From positions 66,155,621-66,219,620 of the forward strand of contig NC_068991.1 in NCBI RefSeq assembly GCF_001194135.2: DNA of 64,000 nt, given 5' to 3'. This stretch comes from Octopus bimaculoides. Taxonomy: Eukaryota. Under the pieces are notes generated by a model. It did not search any database. It was not told the origin of the DNA and saw only the letters and a list, made by a program, of their open reading frames with translations. Shown piece after piece: positions 25,511 to 39,293 of the stretch. The translations under genes were made by a program, and so were the position numbers. Within the stretch, counting starts at the first letter, position 1, and every line of letters begins with the position of its first letter.

Positions 25511-26707
25511 TTAAGAAGGGCATCCAATCATGCCTAAAACGGTGCATCCGAGTCTTGTTTAGCAGGTCAGTAATTCCAAATAAGAACTTATTCAGACTGT
25601 GATAATTGTCAAACTAATGCCAGCACGGAATAGCAGATGCAAAATGGTGATGTTGATGATGAAGGGTATCAGTGGTGTTCAATAATTAGCATGACACAGG
25701 ATATGTAGATAGTGTCTTGTGTTCAATTTACATTGGTGTTTTCAGGATATATAGCATGTTTTTCACATTTGTTGTTTTAAGGGTACAGTAGTATTGTGTT
25801 GACTATGTTGTGTTTTGTATGTTAAAAAGAGAACAAAAAAAAACTTACGTCTAGTGTATAATGTCTGCATGTGACTGACTAATATAATAGGTCATGCTTC
25901 AAGTTTACAGTTGTAGAAATTTATCAACCACACCTCCCAAAAATATTAACACTACAAAGAAAATATAAACAAACTACATGGTAAAAAAAAAATCAACTGA
26001 AGTAGAAATAAATAAGAAACTAATGTCAATGCTTCATAAAGCATTGACTCACAAACAACCAGAATGGTTATCATATTATGTATGTGTACACATACTCTGA
26101 TAAACATGCTGTGTGTCTGGTCTTAGGTGGCAACCTTTCAAAATAAATATTAACTCCTGAGTCTGGTAGGGACCAGTTCCTCCTACTTTACAAATGCTGG
26201 GGTTTCTAGTTAATGAGAGCTTCTGTTGGCCAGTATTCTGTGGCTTGTTTTCAATTAAATTGTTTCAGAACTGCGGTGTTAAATATAATATAGCCAATGT
26301 GGTTTTCTTATATTACAATTCACATAAAACTGCATTAAAAATTACCATGATGTTTAACATTAAAATGTATACTAATTACTATACTTTCATGTTGATTTTG
26401 TTATATTGGCACCTTAGTTGTATAGGAGAGAGTATCGTTGACCTTGGATAAAATTTAAGGGATAAAAACATACATTTCTACATACATTGGAAAAATTTAG
26501 AGGATATGCTTAAAAAAAAAAAATCAACTTTCCAGATTCTGTGGCCTATACACCAATGAGAATTTAGAAATCTCCTTTTCCTTTCTGGGAACATCTTGAA
26601 TTCACAAGTTATATCTTTCTCCTGGCACAGGACTGTATTGAAGAACTACAAAAGCCCACCATGTTAACCAGTATTTATTTACAACACATTCTTCAGTTCA
26701 ATAAAGC

Positions 26708-26738
<31 letters not shown>

Positions 26739-27029
26739 TAGGCTATCTTCCTTTACTTTGTAAACTGTAAGACCTACTACTACTTATCCCTATAAATTTT
26801 AACATACTTTCTTCCCGCCTTTATTACCCACTCCTGTCTTCTACACCTACATGTACATCTCTATTCCCAGTTTGCATATACCATTTCACAACTCTGTCAT
26901 TGGGCCACAGTCTTTAGGTTACTGAGTACACTTTACATTTACTTTTTCAAGGCTCCCCACTTTAACTTTTGATAAGGTATTATTCACACTGTATTCAACT
27001 AAATGATCAGAGAAAGTGTAAGGTTGTAA

Positions 27030-27255
27030 AATCCTTCTGGTCCTGTCTGGCTGGTGCCATGAGATAATGCACTAAATAATACACAGTGTAAAGTTAGCCA
27101 TAGGAACAGTATCCGGCTGTAGAAACCACGCCAGATGATACATGTACAAGCATCAGTCTTTTGTGATCAGTATGTCCTATGAATGGAGTGGGGTGACTCA
27201 ACTTGTCCAGCTAATGCCAGTCTGGAAAGTCTTTGTAAAACGATGATGATGATGG
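27030..27255 (+). mobile_element. Degenerate RTE 3'-end copy
   Basis: TATCCGGCTGTAGAAACC and a GAT tail. Confidence 0.55.
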
Positions 27256-29824
27256 TAGTGGTAGTCACGGGGAGAAAGAGCAGCATTGATAGACTCTTTC
27301 CAGGAACTCTGAGATTGATGGGAATAGTTTTCATATTGTAACTCTTTCTCTATTTGTTTACAGTAGTAATTTATTTCGGTAATAATAGCTTTATGCATCT
27401 TCTCCATAGGTCACACTTAACCAAAAAGCTGTTGGAGCGAATGTGGCAATGCAAATTTCTTGAACATTTATATTTAGTCTCAACCATTTTTTTATTGTAA
27501 TTATTAGATGTTTGATTTTCATAGTAGTTGTATTTAATTTACTTAGAATATAATTTAAGCATTGTATTATGAACTATTATTTATATCAGGATTGACATTT
27601 GCAATATATCGTTTATAGCAGATTTATTTACCTATTTCATTATTTCTATTGTATTTGTGTTCTAAACGTAAATAATTTTTTGATTCTTTTCAATTAAAGA
27701 ATAATTGTTGTGCTTTAGGTTGATGGTTACTTTCTCACCAGCACGACATAGTGTTTACCACTAATATAGCTTACATTTACAGGTTTAATAGTTAGTGATA
27801 TTCAGCTGTCAAAAAAAAATTGTTTTTTTAACAATTTGTGAAAATGTTTAAGAATGTAAGCCTGAGAAAATGTGTAAAATACTACAAATATCTGATAATG
27901 GGTTTTCCGCTTGCATTGCACCAGCTGAACATAGCACAAAACAAACATTGTTTGTTAATAAAGTTAATTTTCTTTGTAAACATGATGAAATAATTTGGCT
28001 TGACAGTTACTGAAGAGTTTATGTACAACCAGTTTTCTCAAAGGAAATAAATAGAAATGAGAATAATTATAACCAAATAAATATTTACTATCAAATCTTC
28101 CTTCATTGTGTTGCAATTTCAGATATATGACTACTTGAAATATCTGTGGTTTAGACTAGGAAACTTCTCTTTGTGAGTTGGGGGCTTTCTGTTATGTCTA
28201 AGAATATTAAATGCCTACTTTTTGATGAAATGGAGGTATATCACCTTTGAACATCTAATTGCCCAGTGTAGCCAGTTGTATCCACTAAACTTCTTTTTTG
28301 GTTTGCCCATCTATTTGGACATCCTCCAGAAATCACTATTTAAATTGGTGACACTGTCATCGGGTGTAACTAAAACCATGCTTTGCTGTAAGTCATCAGT
28401 GCAGATCTCATTGATTCAAATATTCATGTGTCTTTGCTGAATAGGCACAGACTTTAAGTGACCTCTTCAACTTGAAACTGGCTGGCTGTGTGTAACCCCC
28501 CCTCCAGGTAATCTGGACCCACTTGTTCATCTTCTTGTCACCCACATTGTCCATTCCACCAAAAATATGCAGTAACTACTTCACCTAGCCCTTTCTCTGC
28601 AGTATGTCAGCCTTCTATAATCCCTCCCTATCTCATGTGTCTAACTTGCAACCTGTTCAAGCGAGACTTAAAGCAGTTTTGGAGGGTCCTTCAGACCAAA
28701 CATAAAAATAATAAATCAGTTAAGCATGAAAAATATGTAGCAATTAATATGAAAACCTGATATATGTTTTGATGGACAACTATAGGAATTTGTCTTACAG
28801 TGTACATAGAGAATACATTGTTATGAGGGGAGAATATGCACATCATATATTTAGTATATAGTTAAGTAGAATATGAGAGAAAAGGACTTAGACTTGCACC
28901 ACAGGGTTTCAAGCATACATTCTTGCAAGCCTTTCAAATAAAATGCCTCCTTTCAGTTAGCTAAATTGTTTTAGTAACTTTTGTGCTTTTTTGTTTTTAA
29001 GATCATTACCTTTATTTCTCACCAAAATTAGATTCCAATGTCTTTGGTTTCTTAGAAGCTCCTGATGGATGTAAGTTTGGGGTTTATTATAGTAACTAAC
29101 CAAACACTATGTAAAGATAAATATTTAGTTTTCATTTGTTAACTTTTTAATATTTAGGTCAAATTGTTAACCACAATGTGTTTGTGTACAGTCAATGGTG
29201 CCTGAGTGTGACTAACTTAGTAACTCAACATCTTTAGTTAAAGTTATTGATTTCACATAAGTAAATAATGCAGCTCTTCAGTGAGGCATGCATGACACAG
29301 CCTCCTGTTTTTTCTTTCAGTTGTAGTCTTTGTGCCTTGATTGTGTCCCCCAAGCTGATTTTATCGCGTCTCTCTACAAATATATGAGCTTTTAGTGTTC
29401 ACTTTTCGATCTTGTGTGAAGCTTTTCATCGTGTATAGAATATATGTATTAGAAACTTAACTTCCTTTTGGAAATTAGAACAAAGAAACAACATAAGTTA
29501 AAGTTTTATACACTGAAACTTTTAAAATGTTAAGTTTATTTAGAAACTCTTACAGGAGACTTGATCTGAAATGTTTCTGGTCAAAGAAGATATCCTGATC
29601 TCAAGAATCCTATTTCATTCAATTTTTTGTATTCTTTTCAATATTTTACCAGTCTCTTACAGAATTGGTTTTAAATACTGTTGTCAATTCCAATTGATTA
29701 TGGTGAAGGGTTAATAAAAATAGTATTGAGGGTATATCTAAAGATATAATCTCAATAGAGTTTGTGTTTCACTGGCTGCACAAAATGAGGGGAAAAGATA
29801 TGTGCAGTTCTGCTCTCATATAAA

Positions 29825-30486
29825 TTACAGAAACTGAAGAAATTGTGTTGCAATTAGGAAGTTGAGGAATGTGAGTTTCTGCAGTGTCAATCTTGCAACA
29901 TGTGGCTTTGCATTACCATGGAGCAGAATTGGGCTACATCGATTCACCAGTGCAGGTCTCATTTTTTGCGAGTGAGCATACATTTTAGCAAGATGATTGC
30001 AGTAAACCTCTGCTGTAATGCTTTGATTGGCTTCCAGAAAACTGTAATGGACAACACCAATTGCAGACCACCAGACAATCACCATAATCTTTTACTGATG
30101 CAACTTTGACTTTGGGAAATGTTTGGAGGACTCATCACGACCAAGCCATTGACCTGATTGTTTATGGTTATCATAAAGGATCCACTTTTCGTCACAAGTG
30201 ACTATTCGGTCAAGAAAAGGATCATTGGTGTTTCGCAGGAAGGCATTGAGCACACTTCAAAACGCGGAACTTTTTGATTTTCATTGAGCTCATCATGCAG
30301 TACCCATTTATCAAGCTTTTCCACTTTACCAATCTTCTGTAAATTGCATGAGACCATTGCAATACTGACACCAAGTGCCTGAGACATTTCTCTGACACTT
30401 TGACATGGGTTTTGTACAACAGTTGCTTTCAATTGTTCACTGTCAAGACTGCGTGACCATCCTGGAATTTCTGAAACCACCTTCAT
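29825..30486 (-). pseudogene. Degraded mariner (Mos1/SETMAR-like) transposase
   Basis: KLDKWVLHDEL (WVPHEL-like), MVIVWWSAIGVVHY, LLHGNAKPH (HDNARPH-like); frameshifted. Confidence 0.9.
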
Positions 30487-30829
30487 ATTGTGCGATCTCC
30501 TGTGGACCCTTCTCCCCCATGTTCTGTTAATATTGGCAGCAATTAATATTGCCCAAGCTTGAACTCAGGCAAGAAAAGTAAGCAAAGGTCCTTTTTTGTC
30601 CTGTTCATAATTAAGGGCATCTATACTTCAAGACTGTTTTCTGTCTGAAATAAGTAGAAAATTATTTATTAAGTATGTTGAAATTCGCCTAAAATATAAT
30701 TAAAATACTATGATAAAATTGCGTTTCAAAACACAACACTTAGAGCTGCCATTATTTTCAGAACAACTTTAATGTTACCACCTATTACTTCCTCTTTGAT
30801 CCACTTCTATTTACCTTACATTCCCCTAA

Positions 30830-31289
30830 ACCAAGAATCACCATTGTCTACATCTCCACCCATGTTCATACACTTATGAAACCACCCACCTAGCCATCTC
30901 TGGTTCTTTGTCCCGATTTCTTTATCCATCTTCATATACCTTGAGAGTATCCCCTCCACCAGCTTTTGTCCTCTACAGCAAGACACCGGTTCCTGTCCTA
31001 TTCTGTTTTAGCTTCTCAGTATCTGGCATAAAGCCACTTCCCTCAATAATGTAACCCCACTCTGTTAAGGGGTCTTGTCATGTAAATTACTTGATGACCT
31101 CACTAGTACTGGTTCTGCGAAAAAAAACAGCACACACCTTAAAGTGGTTGGTATTAGGAAAGACATCCAGCCATAGAAACTTTGCCTGGGCAGATGTTAA
31201 AGCTTAAGGCAGCTTTCTAGGATCTCTTGTAGGATTCTGTCAAACTGTCCAACCCATTCTAGTCTGGAATACGGCTGTTGAATGATGAT
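30830..31289 (+). mobile_element. RTE-tail-related repeat, longer old subfamily
   Basis: GTGGTTGGTATTAGGAAAGACATCCAGCCATAGAAAC and CTGTCCAACCCAT. Confidence 0.65.
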
Positions 31290-31293
31290 TTAA

Positions 31294-31509
31294 CTCTAGG
31301 ATTCAGATCATTGTCAAATGTAATGATTATTTATTCACATCGTTTGAAATTAATCACGCATTATCTTGTAGCTCAGTGTTTTCAATGATGTGATTGTTTA
31401 TTTTTAGAATGACATTATAGGGTAGGTGTGAGAGGCCTGATTTGTTCAGATTGAACATAAAACAGATAGAATAAATGAGGTGGATATGGCCAACTTAAAT
31501 GCTAAAGGG
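31294..31509. mobile_element. piggyBac-like MITE family 2 (TIR CCCTTTAGCATT)
   Basis: TTAA at 31290-31293; ends AATGCTAAAGGG; colinear with 33704-33922 and 48741-48950. Confidence 0.78.
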
Positions 31510-32624
31510 TTGAATATGACAACCAGTTTATTTCTTGTCAATTTTATGTTGTCTTAATGTATGTGTAATAATTTCTATTTAAGCAGTGCACAGTCTTGCT
31601 TCATGTGGATTTTTTTTTATCAAGTTCTGTTATTAATCCAGGTGTCATGCATTAACTTGTACCTGTATTTGTATGTTTGGTATTAATATTTAGTTATATC
31701 ATGTAGTGCATTAATGGTATCTAGTATTTTGTTATTGGGTAAACCTAAGGATTTGAGTAGACCTCTAATGAAAGGCATTCCAACCATGACCAGCTTGTCT
31801 TCTGTTTTTAGGCTTAGTGTAATCTGTATGTTTCTTTTTTGAAGGTGGTATGGTACAATTTGAAGAAAATTTGGCTGCTGTTTCTACCTGTCAAACCACC
31901 ATGTAGAAGCTCACTTATTGGCTTGTTAAATTTTTAGTTATACTATGGGGTATGTGAACCAGTGTTCTTCATGGGGATGGGTGGGGATAAAGCAACTGGG
32001 CAAATTGCCATATTTAGACAAAAGATGGTTTTCAACTATGGATGGGTCTTTGCTGTTGACCATGGTAAAGAAAGAAGAATTATATGGCTGCAAACTCTAT
32101 TTTGTCTTCTCATAAATAAAGAGTGTGAAAGTGCCAAAATTTTACTATTTGTTTTGTGAGAGTGGAGGATGGTGTTTGTCAGTCTGAGAAACACTGGTCT
32201 AAATTATATTTGATATTTACATATTCCATGGCATGTATAGACAGTGTCTAATATTTAGTTATACCATGGATGTATATTTGGTGTGTAATATTTAGTTAAC
32301 TCCAGGTGAACTCTGAATGAGCAGACCCATGATCAAAGGCAGTTTGATCTAGGTCTATCTTGACCAGTATATTCTTCCAATTTTAAAGACAGTTTGGCTA
32401 TGATATGTTTAACTGCTATTTCTAGCAGGTCTAGCAACTGTGTATGGACAAGGCTACTAATAAAATTTTCAAATGCCTTGCATCCACTCAGGAAAAGCTA
32501 AAATTATAAAAATATTGTGCTTGAATAGAAATATACCAGTGGACCCGTGAAAAATTCACAGAAAACATTAAAAATGTAAGCATCTGTAAACAGTGTACCT
32601 GTGCCATGAGAAATGTTTGTATAT

Positions 32625-32772
32625 TATGACTGTCTTTACGTTCTGAGTTCAAATTCTGCCGAGATCGACTTAGCCTTTCGTCCTTTCGGGGTCAATAAAT
32701 TAAGTATCAGTTGTGTACTGGGGTCGATCTAATCAACTGGCACCCTCCTCACAAAAATTCAAGCCTAGAAAA
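32625..32772 (+). mobile_element. Second SINE family copy
   Basis: Colinear with 24505-24665. Confidence 0.8.
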
Positions 32773-33419
32773 GTATATTGTGACAGTTACAGAATATAGA
32801 AAGTAATGTAACACCAATGACTAAATAGTCCAACCAAAATATCTGTTACACAAACGTAAATGGAATTACTATTTAACCTTAAAATGCATCATACATATTC
32901 AAAGAACCTTAATGTACAAATTGAAATGCGAAAGAACGGCATAATAAATGGATTTATGAATGAAAGTTTGGTAATTGTGTTTATTTCCACCACACAACAC
33001 TTATTATTGCAAACACGTTTTAACTAACCTAAAACTATACACACAGACAAATACATTCATATATATGTCTCAAGTTGTACCTGTAATTCAAAGGGGCCAG
33101 CCTTGTCGTATTCTGTGTGAGGCTGAATATCCCTGAGAACTATGCTAATGTTATGCATGTCTGTGGAGTACTCAGCCATTTGTGAGTTAATTTTATCCTT
33201 GTGTGGTAATGAAAAGTTAAATTGACATCCAATATTTGCTCTGAACTTTTCTTTGGATTTATGTATCTACTGTCTCTCTCACTTTCTCTCTTTCTCTTTC
33301 ACTTCCTTTGTGCCCCCCCCCCCTTCTCTCCTGCTTTTGATTTAACAATGTGTATATGTATCTATGTATCTACTCTTGCAATGTGATAAACATTTAAAAA
33401 CACAAAACGAACGCTGTCA

Positions 33420-33481
33420 CCACTCACTGTCTCTTTCACTCTCTCACTTTCTCACTCCCCCTTTCTCACTCTCTCTCTCTC

Positions 33482-33515
<34 letters not shown>

Positions 33516-33540
33516 TTCCTCTCTGTCCTCCTCTCTTGCT
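33420..33540. repeat. (CT)n-rich microsatellite; many (TA)n, (CA)n and (TACA)n tracts elsewhere, e.g. 6342-6660
   Basis: Directly visible. Confidence 0.9.
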
Positions 33541-33703
33541 TTGCCACTTCTTTGAAGGAAGTGTGGTGCACACAACAGGTATGTACAAAAACAAAAAGTT
33601 AGCGTATTGATATTATTGATGATTACTCATAATTACTCTTTCAATCTCCTTGAAAGTGAAAATGAATTTTAAAAAAATTCTTTTCCAGTTTACACATAAT
33701 GCA

Positions 33704-33922
33704 TTCTTTAGCATTCAGGTTAATTTATCGAATATATTGCTTATTGATCCACATTTAAAAAAAAATAACCATGTAGTATCTTGTAGTTTCAAGATTTTGA
33801 AGATATGATTGTTTAATTTTAGAAGACATTGTAGGGTAGGTTTGAAAAGCTGGATCTGGCCAGTTTCAACATGAAACAGGTAGAATATTTGAGCAGAGAT
33901 GGCCAGTTTAAATGCTTAAGAG
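33704..33922. mobile_element. MITE family 2 copy
   Basis: TTCTTTAGCATTCAG start; AATGCTTAAGAG-TTAA end. Confidence 0.75.
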
Positions 33923-33959
33923 TTAAAGAATAGTGTTTTTTGTTCTGACCCAGTTCATT

Positions 33960-35643
33960 AAAGAAAATATTATTTCAGCACATGCTGAAAAATATGTCAA
34001 GATAATTAGTCACAAAGGAATAGTATTTTGAATCATGAAGTCAATATTTTATGTCTTTTAACTATTCAAGAATATTTTGCTGTCGAAATTAGTAAGTTTG
34101 TCTGCTGTTTAGTGATAACTTCTCCATTGATCTTCACCATTTGGTCTGCTTTCAGGCACAATAGATGAGAAATGAGAAGTTAGGATTATAAACTGCTTTT
34201 GGGTCTAGTATCTTTAATAATTTCATCTTCACAAAAAAGCAGAGTTTTTCTTAATTGAATACAGCTCCACTAGGAATTTCAAACTATCAATCTTAAACTT
34301 TCTAATGTTCTTTATCATCAAAATATTCAATAATTAAATGCGCTGTTGCCTTTCTTCCATCATTGTTTTTCTCTTTTCATCTTTAATGAACAAACTCTAG
34401 AAGTTCTTGTATTCTGATGATGTCATTAAATATAGTATAAACTTGTAATGCTCAGATTGGAATCCAGCATTCAGTAAATTCCCTTTCTGTAGTACATTCT
34501 GAAGGAAAAGTAGCATTTCGTTGCCACCAACTTTCAATTCATTTCAGAAATAGAGAAGTAAATCTGTAAATTGCTCTCATATCACACTGAAACTTTCTAA
34601 TGTTTTTTATCATCAAAATATTCACTGATTGAATGTGCTGTTGTCTTTCTTCTTTTCATTGTTTTCTTGAGAAAGCTTACTTGGTTTGTGCAAATTTAGG
34701 TATATTGTGGCAATCTGTCACAATTCCTTCAATAAGTGTGAACTCTAATCTCTTGCCCCTGTGAGAGATTAAAAAAAAAACCCTCTATATATGAGAGCAA
34801 TATGCTGATGGCATGACTAGCATCAGAGGGGAAAGAATGACCAGTGCATCCCAGAATAAAAACAGATTACACAGCATCTTGGTAATTTCTGGAATCCATT
34901 TTTGGTACTCTTCATTGAAGAATAGCTATTGCTTGAGAATCTTGTGATATTTTCTAAAGTAGATTTTCTTTCATGCAAGGTGTATTTGATAATATTATAA
35001 AGACCAAAAGTCATTGGATTTTCATCACTTACAATAATTAAAAATGCATCTTCAGCACAATTCTTTTTCAAATCAAAGTACTTCACAACTCTAACCAAGA
35101 CTTGTGTAACTGATGTCTGTATATTATCAGTTATGATAGAAAATTCTTGTCTTAGAGATAGCCATGATAAAAGAGCATATAATGAAATGCCCTCTTGTAC
35201 ACTGTCAAAAGATGGTTGCTTGTAAAAGTAATGTTGTTCTGAAAAATACACAGCAAATAAGCAGTTCACCTTGCCTGTTCATTCTTTGTTGACTTCTTTT
35301 CTGGCTTAAATCGAGAAATTTCAACACAAGGTTTAGCCCTATTAGACATTTAGACATTTTAATGATTTTATTCAAAAGTTTGTTTTATTAACACACATTT
35401 TACATTTCTTAGTAACAATATTGCAAGATTTACTGTAGCTAACTTCATCATTTTTAACTTGTAGCCAGTCCTTAAATTCAGGATTCTGCAGCCAATCTTC
35501 CTTGTATGACTCTGTATGATATCATTTCCTTTCTTAGTGGGTGTTTTTATTTCACCATTTATTATGATAGAAGGCAGGGTGTGATAGGAAAAATAGGAAC
35601 ACTCACTCATACACAAGTCATGATGCATGATAAGCACCAACAC
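33960..35643 (-). pseudogene. Degraded hAT-family (ZNF862/Tip100-like) transposase
   Basis: EFSIITD...VVKYFD...FL...GLYNIIKYTL...LENITRFSSN...MKSTKNGFQKL matches the hAT catalytic-core pattern; limits approximate. Confidence 0.7.
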
Positions 35644-36363
35644 TGAACAGTAGGGTTGCCAGGCACAAAGGGCCTCATGTACAGCTTATATATAAATCAT
35701 TTAATGTCATGTCTCGTTAGTTTTTGAATGTCACTTTTGATATCTATATGCACTGGATTCATGATTTTACATAGTTTATTAAACTCGCATTGTGATTTGG
35801 ATTTCTTTGATTTCATCTGTGTATAATTTGGAATATGTTTGTGTATTGAATGTCATATAGTTCCATAAGGTTTTTGTTGCTATTGATGTTGTATAGGAGA
35901 ATTTTAAAATATTTTTATGTTAGGTTTATGAAGTTAATTTTGTGTGTATGTGTGAAGTGCTCTGTTTTTTAAATATATTCTGTGCTGACCTGTGATGTTG
36001 GAAAAGTAAATAATTTCTTTCTTTTTTTTTCTTCTGATAAGAAGTATTGCTTTATTCTGATTCCACGTACTCTTAAGTGGATGTTAGGTAACTTATCTGA
36101 TTAGGATGGCGATAGCACAGATGAACTGAATTTCATAAAATTGTCTGATGAATTCTTGGAGTTGGTCTTCATTAAAAAAAAAAAATGTAACTAGTAGTTT
36201 GGAACTATATATGTTTGACCATTTCATCTGAGTCTGACACAGTAGCAGATGTTTCTGACTTCAAAGAAACATCTGTTTACACCATTTGTAAATACCTTTA
36301 AAATGGCATGAATTGTCCTAAAATCTCTTTTCCTCTCCTGATGTCTAGTACTTATATGTAACT

Positions 36364-36739
36364 GGTGCAGGTGTGGTTGTGTAGTAAGAAGTTTGCTTCC
36401 CGACCCCACATGGTTCTGGGTTCAGTCCCACTGCATAACACCTTGAGCAATACAGCCTTGGGCTGACCATTGCCTTGTGAGTGTATCTGGTAGATGCAAA
36501 CTGAAAGAAGCCCATCATGTAATATATATATATGTGTGTGTTTGTCTCTCGCCATCACTTGACAACTGGTGTTGGTGTGTTCTTGTCCTCCATAACTTAG
36601 CGGCTCAGTATAAGATATCAATAGAATAAGTACCAGGCTTAAAAAGAAAACTAAGTACTGGGGTTGATTCATTTAACTAAAATTCTTCAAAGCAGTGCCC
36701 CAGCATGGCTGCAGTCTAATGACTGAAACAAGTAAAAGG
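36364..36739 (+). mobile_element. Full-length tRNA-derived SINE, same family
   Basis: Box A/B-like head (GTGGTTGTGTAGTAAG, GGTTCAGTCCC), CORE-like segment, internal (TA)(TG) tract, tail ACTGAAACAAGTAAAAG. Confidence 0.85.
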
Positions 36740-37996
36740 TAACTGGGTTAAAAAAAAAAAAAAATTACAGTTTTTAATGTTATAAATTAAGAAATAGAAG
36801 TATTTCATTAGCATATTCTGTAAATCTTTCTAATAGCGTAAAAGGGATTTTTTTCCCCCTCTCTTTGCACCAAAATACTTAAAACCCTTCACCATTGCTT
36901 ATATTCTGCCACTTCTTGTCATGCTACCATTAGTCAGCCTTCTGCTGCAGTAGTGACTGGAAACAAACCACAAGTGACTGCTGATTGGTTGCAGAGCAAA
37001 GTAATCAGCAGCAGCCTCCTCAGGTTAAATTTTTTCCCTTATTGACTCAGATCTCACGGAGCGCTAAAATCTTTGTACTAGCAGTTGTTGGGAAACCATT
37101 TAATATCTTAAATTTTAAAATGAAATTTCATTTGCATTAAAAATAAATTAGATTGAAATTTGATTTTATTTAGTAATATGTTTCTTTTAAAATATTGTAT
37201 TGGCGTTAAGTTTGTTTTTCAGCTAGATACTTTTGAATCCTATTGCACTTCACGGTATCTTGGGCCTGTTTTCGATTGTAACTTTGGCTTAACTAGTGCT
37301 TTGTGAGTAGGATTTTGTTACATATAACAAGCTTTCACTTGGTTTCTGTACATGTCAGTGTTGATTTCAAAGCTGTAACTTAGTGATTTAAAAAAAAAAA
37401 AAAAATGCTAGGGTTGAAATGATTGACTAAAAGTCATTGATGTCAGTGACTCAGCAGGGCCACAATGTGAATGGCTGAAACCAGTAAAAGAATACATAAA
37501 ATGTTCACTCATATTAATTATCCACTTCAGTGCTTTTGTTAAAATGAATTGTAAAAGATAAGTTCATCTGATGATCCAGCAGTGTTAGTAAATGAAAGTA
37601 CAACATAGTAAATATTAGTGTATGCATTTGGACAACTTTACGTGTGTTTTCTAAATTTATTAAACCAACTATTACACAGTATATTTTAATGATGATAAAA
37701 TAATATTCCTAACTCCAAGTTTAGAAAATATATGGAAAAGAAAGTTGTCATTCTGAAATATTACACTTTTTCAAAAAGCGTGATAATGTGAGACCTTGTA
37801 TTTTTAGTAACCTTGAGGATTCTACTCGCATGCTGTTCATGTTTAGAGGGAGGCCTGTTTTCTTAACGTGTGTAGTGTTTCATTGAATTGTCGACGGCTA
37901 CAAGATTGGTGTCTCTTTCCTCAGTTCTGTATTCTTTGTATTGTCACTTATTTCATTCAACCCTCTTGTTACCGTATTTCTGTTGAGATACTCTGT

Positions 37997-38238
37997 TTCA
38001 TCATCATCGTTTGATATCTGTTTTCCATGCTGGCATGGGTTGGATGGTTCGACTGGGGTCTGGGAAGCCAGGCGGCTGCACCAGGCTCCAATCTGATGTG
38101 GCACTGTTTCTACAGCTGGATGCCCTTCCTAATGCCAACCACTCCGAGAGTGTAGTGAGTTCTTTCTACGTGCCACCAGCATGGGGCCAGAGGGGGCTGG
38201 CATCAACCACGTTTGGATGGTGCTTTTTATGTACCACC
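37997..38238 (-). mobile_element. RTE 3'-end copy
   Basis: Reverse complement of the 1533-1796 and 48281-48547 family. Confidence 0.85.
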
Positions 38239-38730
38239 AAAGAATTTAGTAAAATAACTTAGTTATCATTAAGATAATGATAGGAACATATATTGTGACT
38301 TAGGTTTGGTGGAAGATTTTAATTCAGAACTTTTGATTTTAAATCAGAAGAACATTTGTACTACAGAGCCAGAGGTGGTTTCAGATGGGTTGGTATCAAA
38401 AGGGTTAGGGCATGAGAGTATGGATCAGTTTGGTTTTAACTGTTACAGTTTTGCTGTTAAGGAAATAGTTCAAATTTTGGTTCTTTACAAAGCCAGTTGA
38501 GATGCTGAGGAAAAGTTATTTTATTATTTTTATGTATGTGTTTACTCCATCTATTGTAGTTTCTGCTTGATAATCTAATCAATTCTTTTGACTAGCATAC
38601 CTTATAAGTAAATCCTTTAATCCCAACTATATATCTGTCAGTGGAGAATTCTACCTACACTAACTGAGAAGTTAGCATTAATGACAATTATTGCAATGAT
38701 TTTAATCTAATACTAATAATCATTTCTTAG

Positions 38731-38763
<33 letters not shown>

Positions 38764-39221
38764 TTTAAAAATAATTAAACTTAGATTTTTATTTTCCTTT
38801 TCACATGGTTTTCTAAATTTATACAATTGCTACAGCCATTTTGCTGTCTGAAAGGCAGTACATTGTATTGCTCTCTTCTGTCCTCTCTCTGTTCACAATC
38901 TAGTGGTTAGCTGCATGAAATACCATCCAACTTTAAAAGTATTTTGTCCAACAATTTATATACATAAATAGAAACAGTTTTAACTTTTGTAGCATTGGAA
39001 AGTAGATGTAGAGCAATTTTTAAAGAATTAGGGTTCAATACCAAATATTTTAGTTGTCTTAATTTGTAATTTTTAAAACGCTTACAAACCAAAGAAATTA
39101 CAAACATGACAATAATGATGGTTTGTAGAATAATGTTTGTTTTTTAACGTTTTACATTATTTGAAAATTTATCCTCCAGATTTTTAAACATTTTTCCTTT
39201 GTGTATTTATTTTCATTCAAG

Positions 39222-39293
39222 ATGGCAAAAATGATGTACGGACTGATGCTATGCTTGTGTGGGCTCCCAATGCTGATCTATGTGAATCAAGAA
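39222..39293 (+). CDS. RCOR: CoREST exon 3, ELM2 (DGKNDVRTDAMLVWAPNADLCESR)
   Basis: ttcaag acceptor, A|gtaagt donor, conserved MLVWxP; follows a 27.3-kb intron; phase 1-1. Confidence 0.92.

Noticed and set aside
27975-28020. ATGATGA...CTGA box C/D-like pair
   Set aside because: Only ~30 nt apart, too short for a snoRNA; no other convincing C/D pair was found.
34262-34670. ~85-bp imperfect direct repeat
   Set aside because: Lies inside the hAT relic; an old internal duplication with no sign of function.
35650-35662. TAGGGTTGCCAG, Blackjack-like hAT terminus
   Set aside because: Points away from the adjacent transposase relic, and no partner TIR was found.
36364-36440. tRNA-like A/B boxes here and in other SINE heads
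   Set aside because: No cloverleaf; these are SINE heads. No tRNA, rRNA or CRISPR array is supported in the window.
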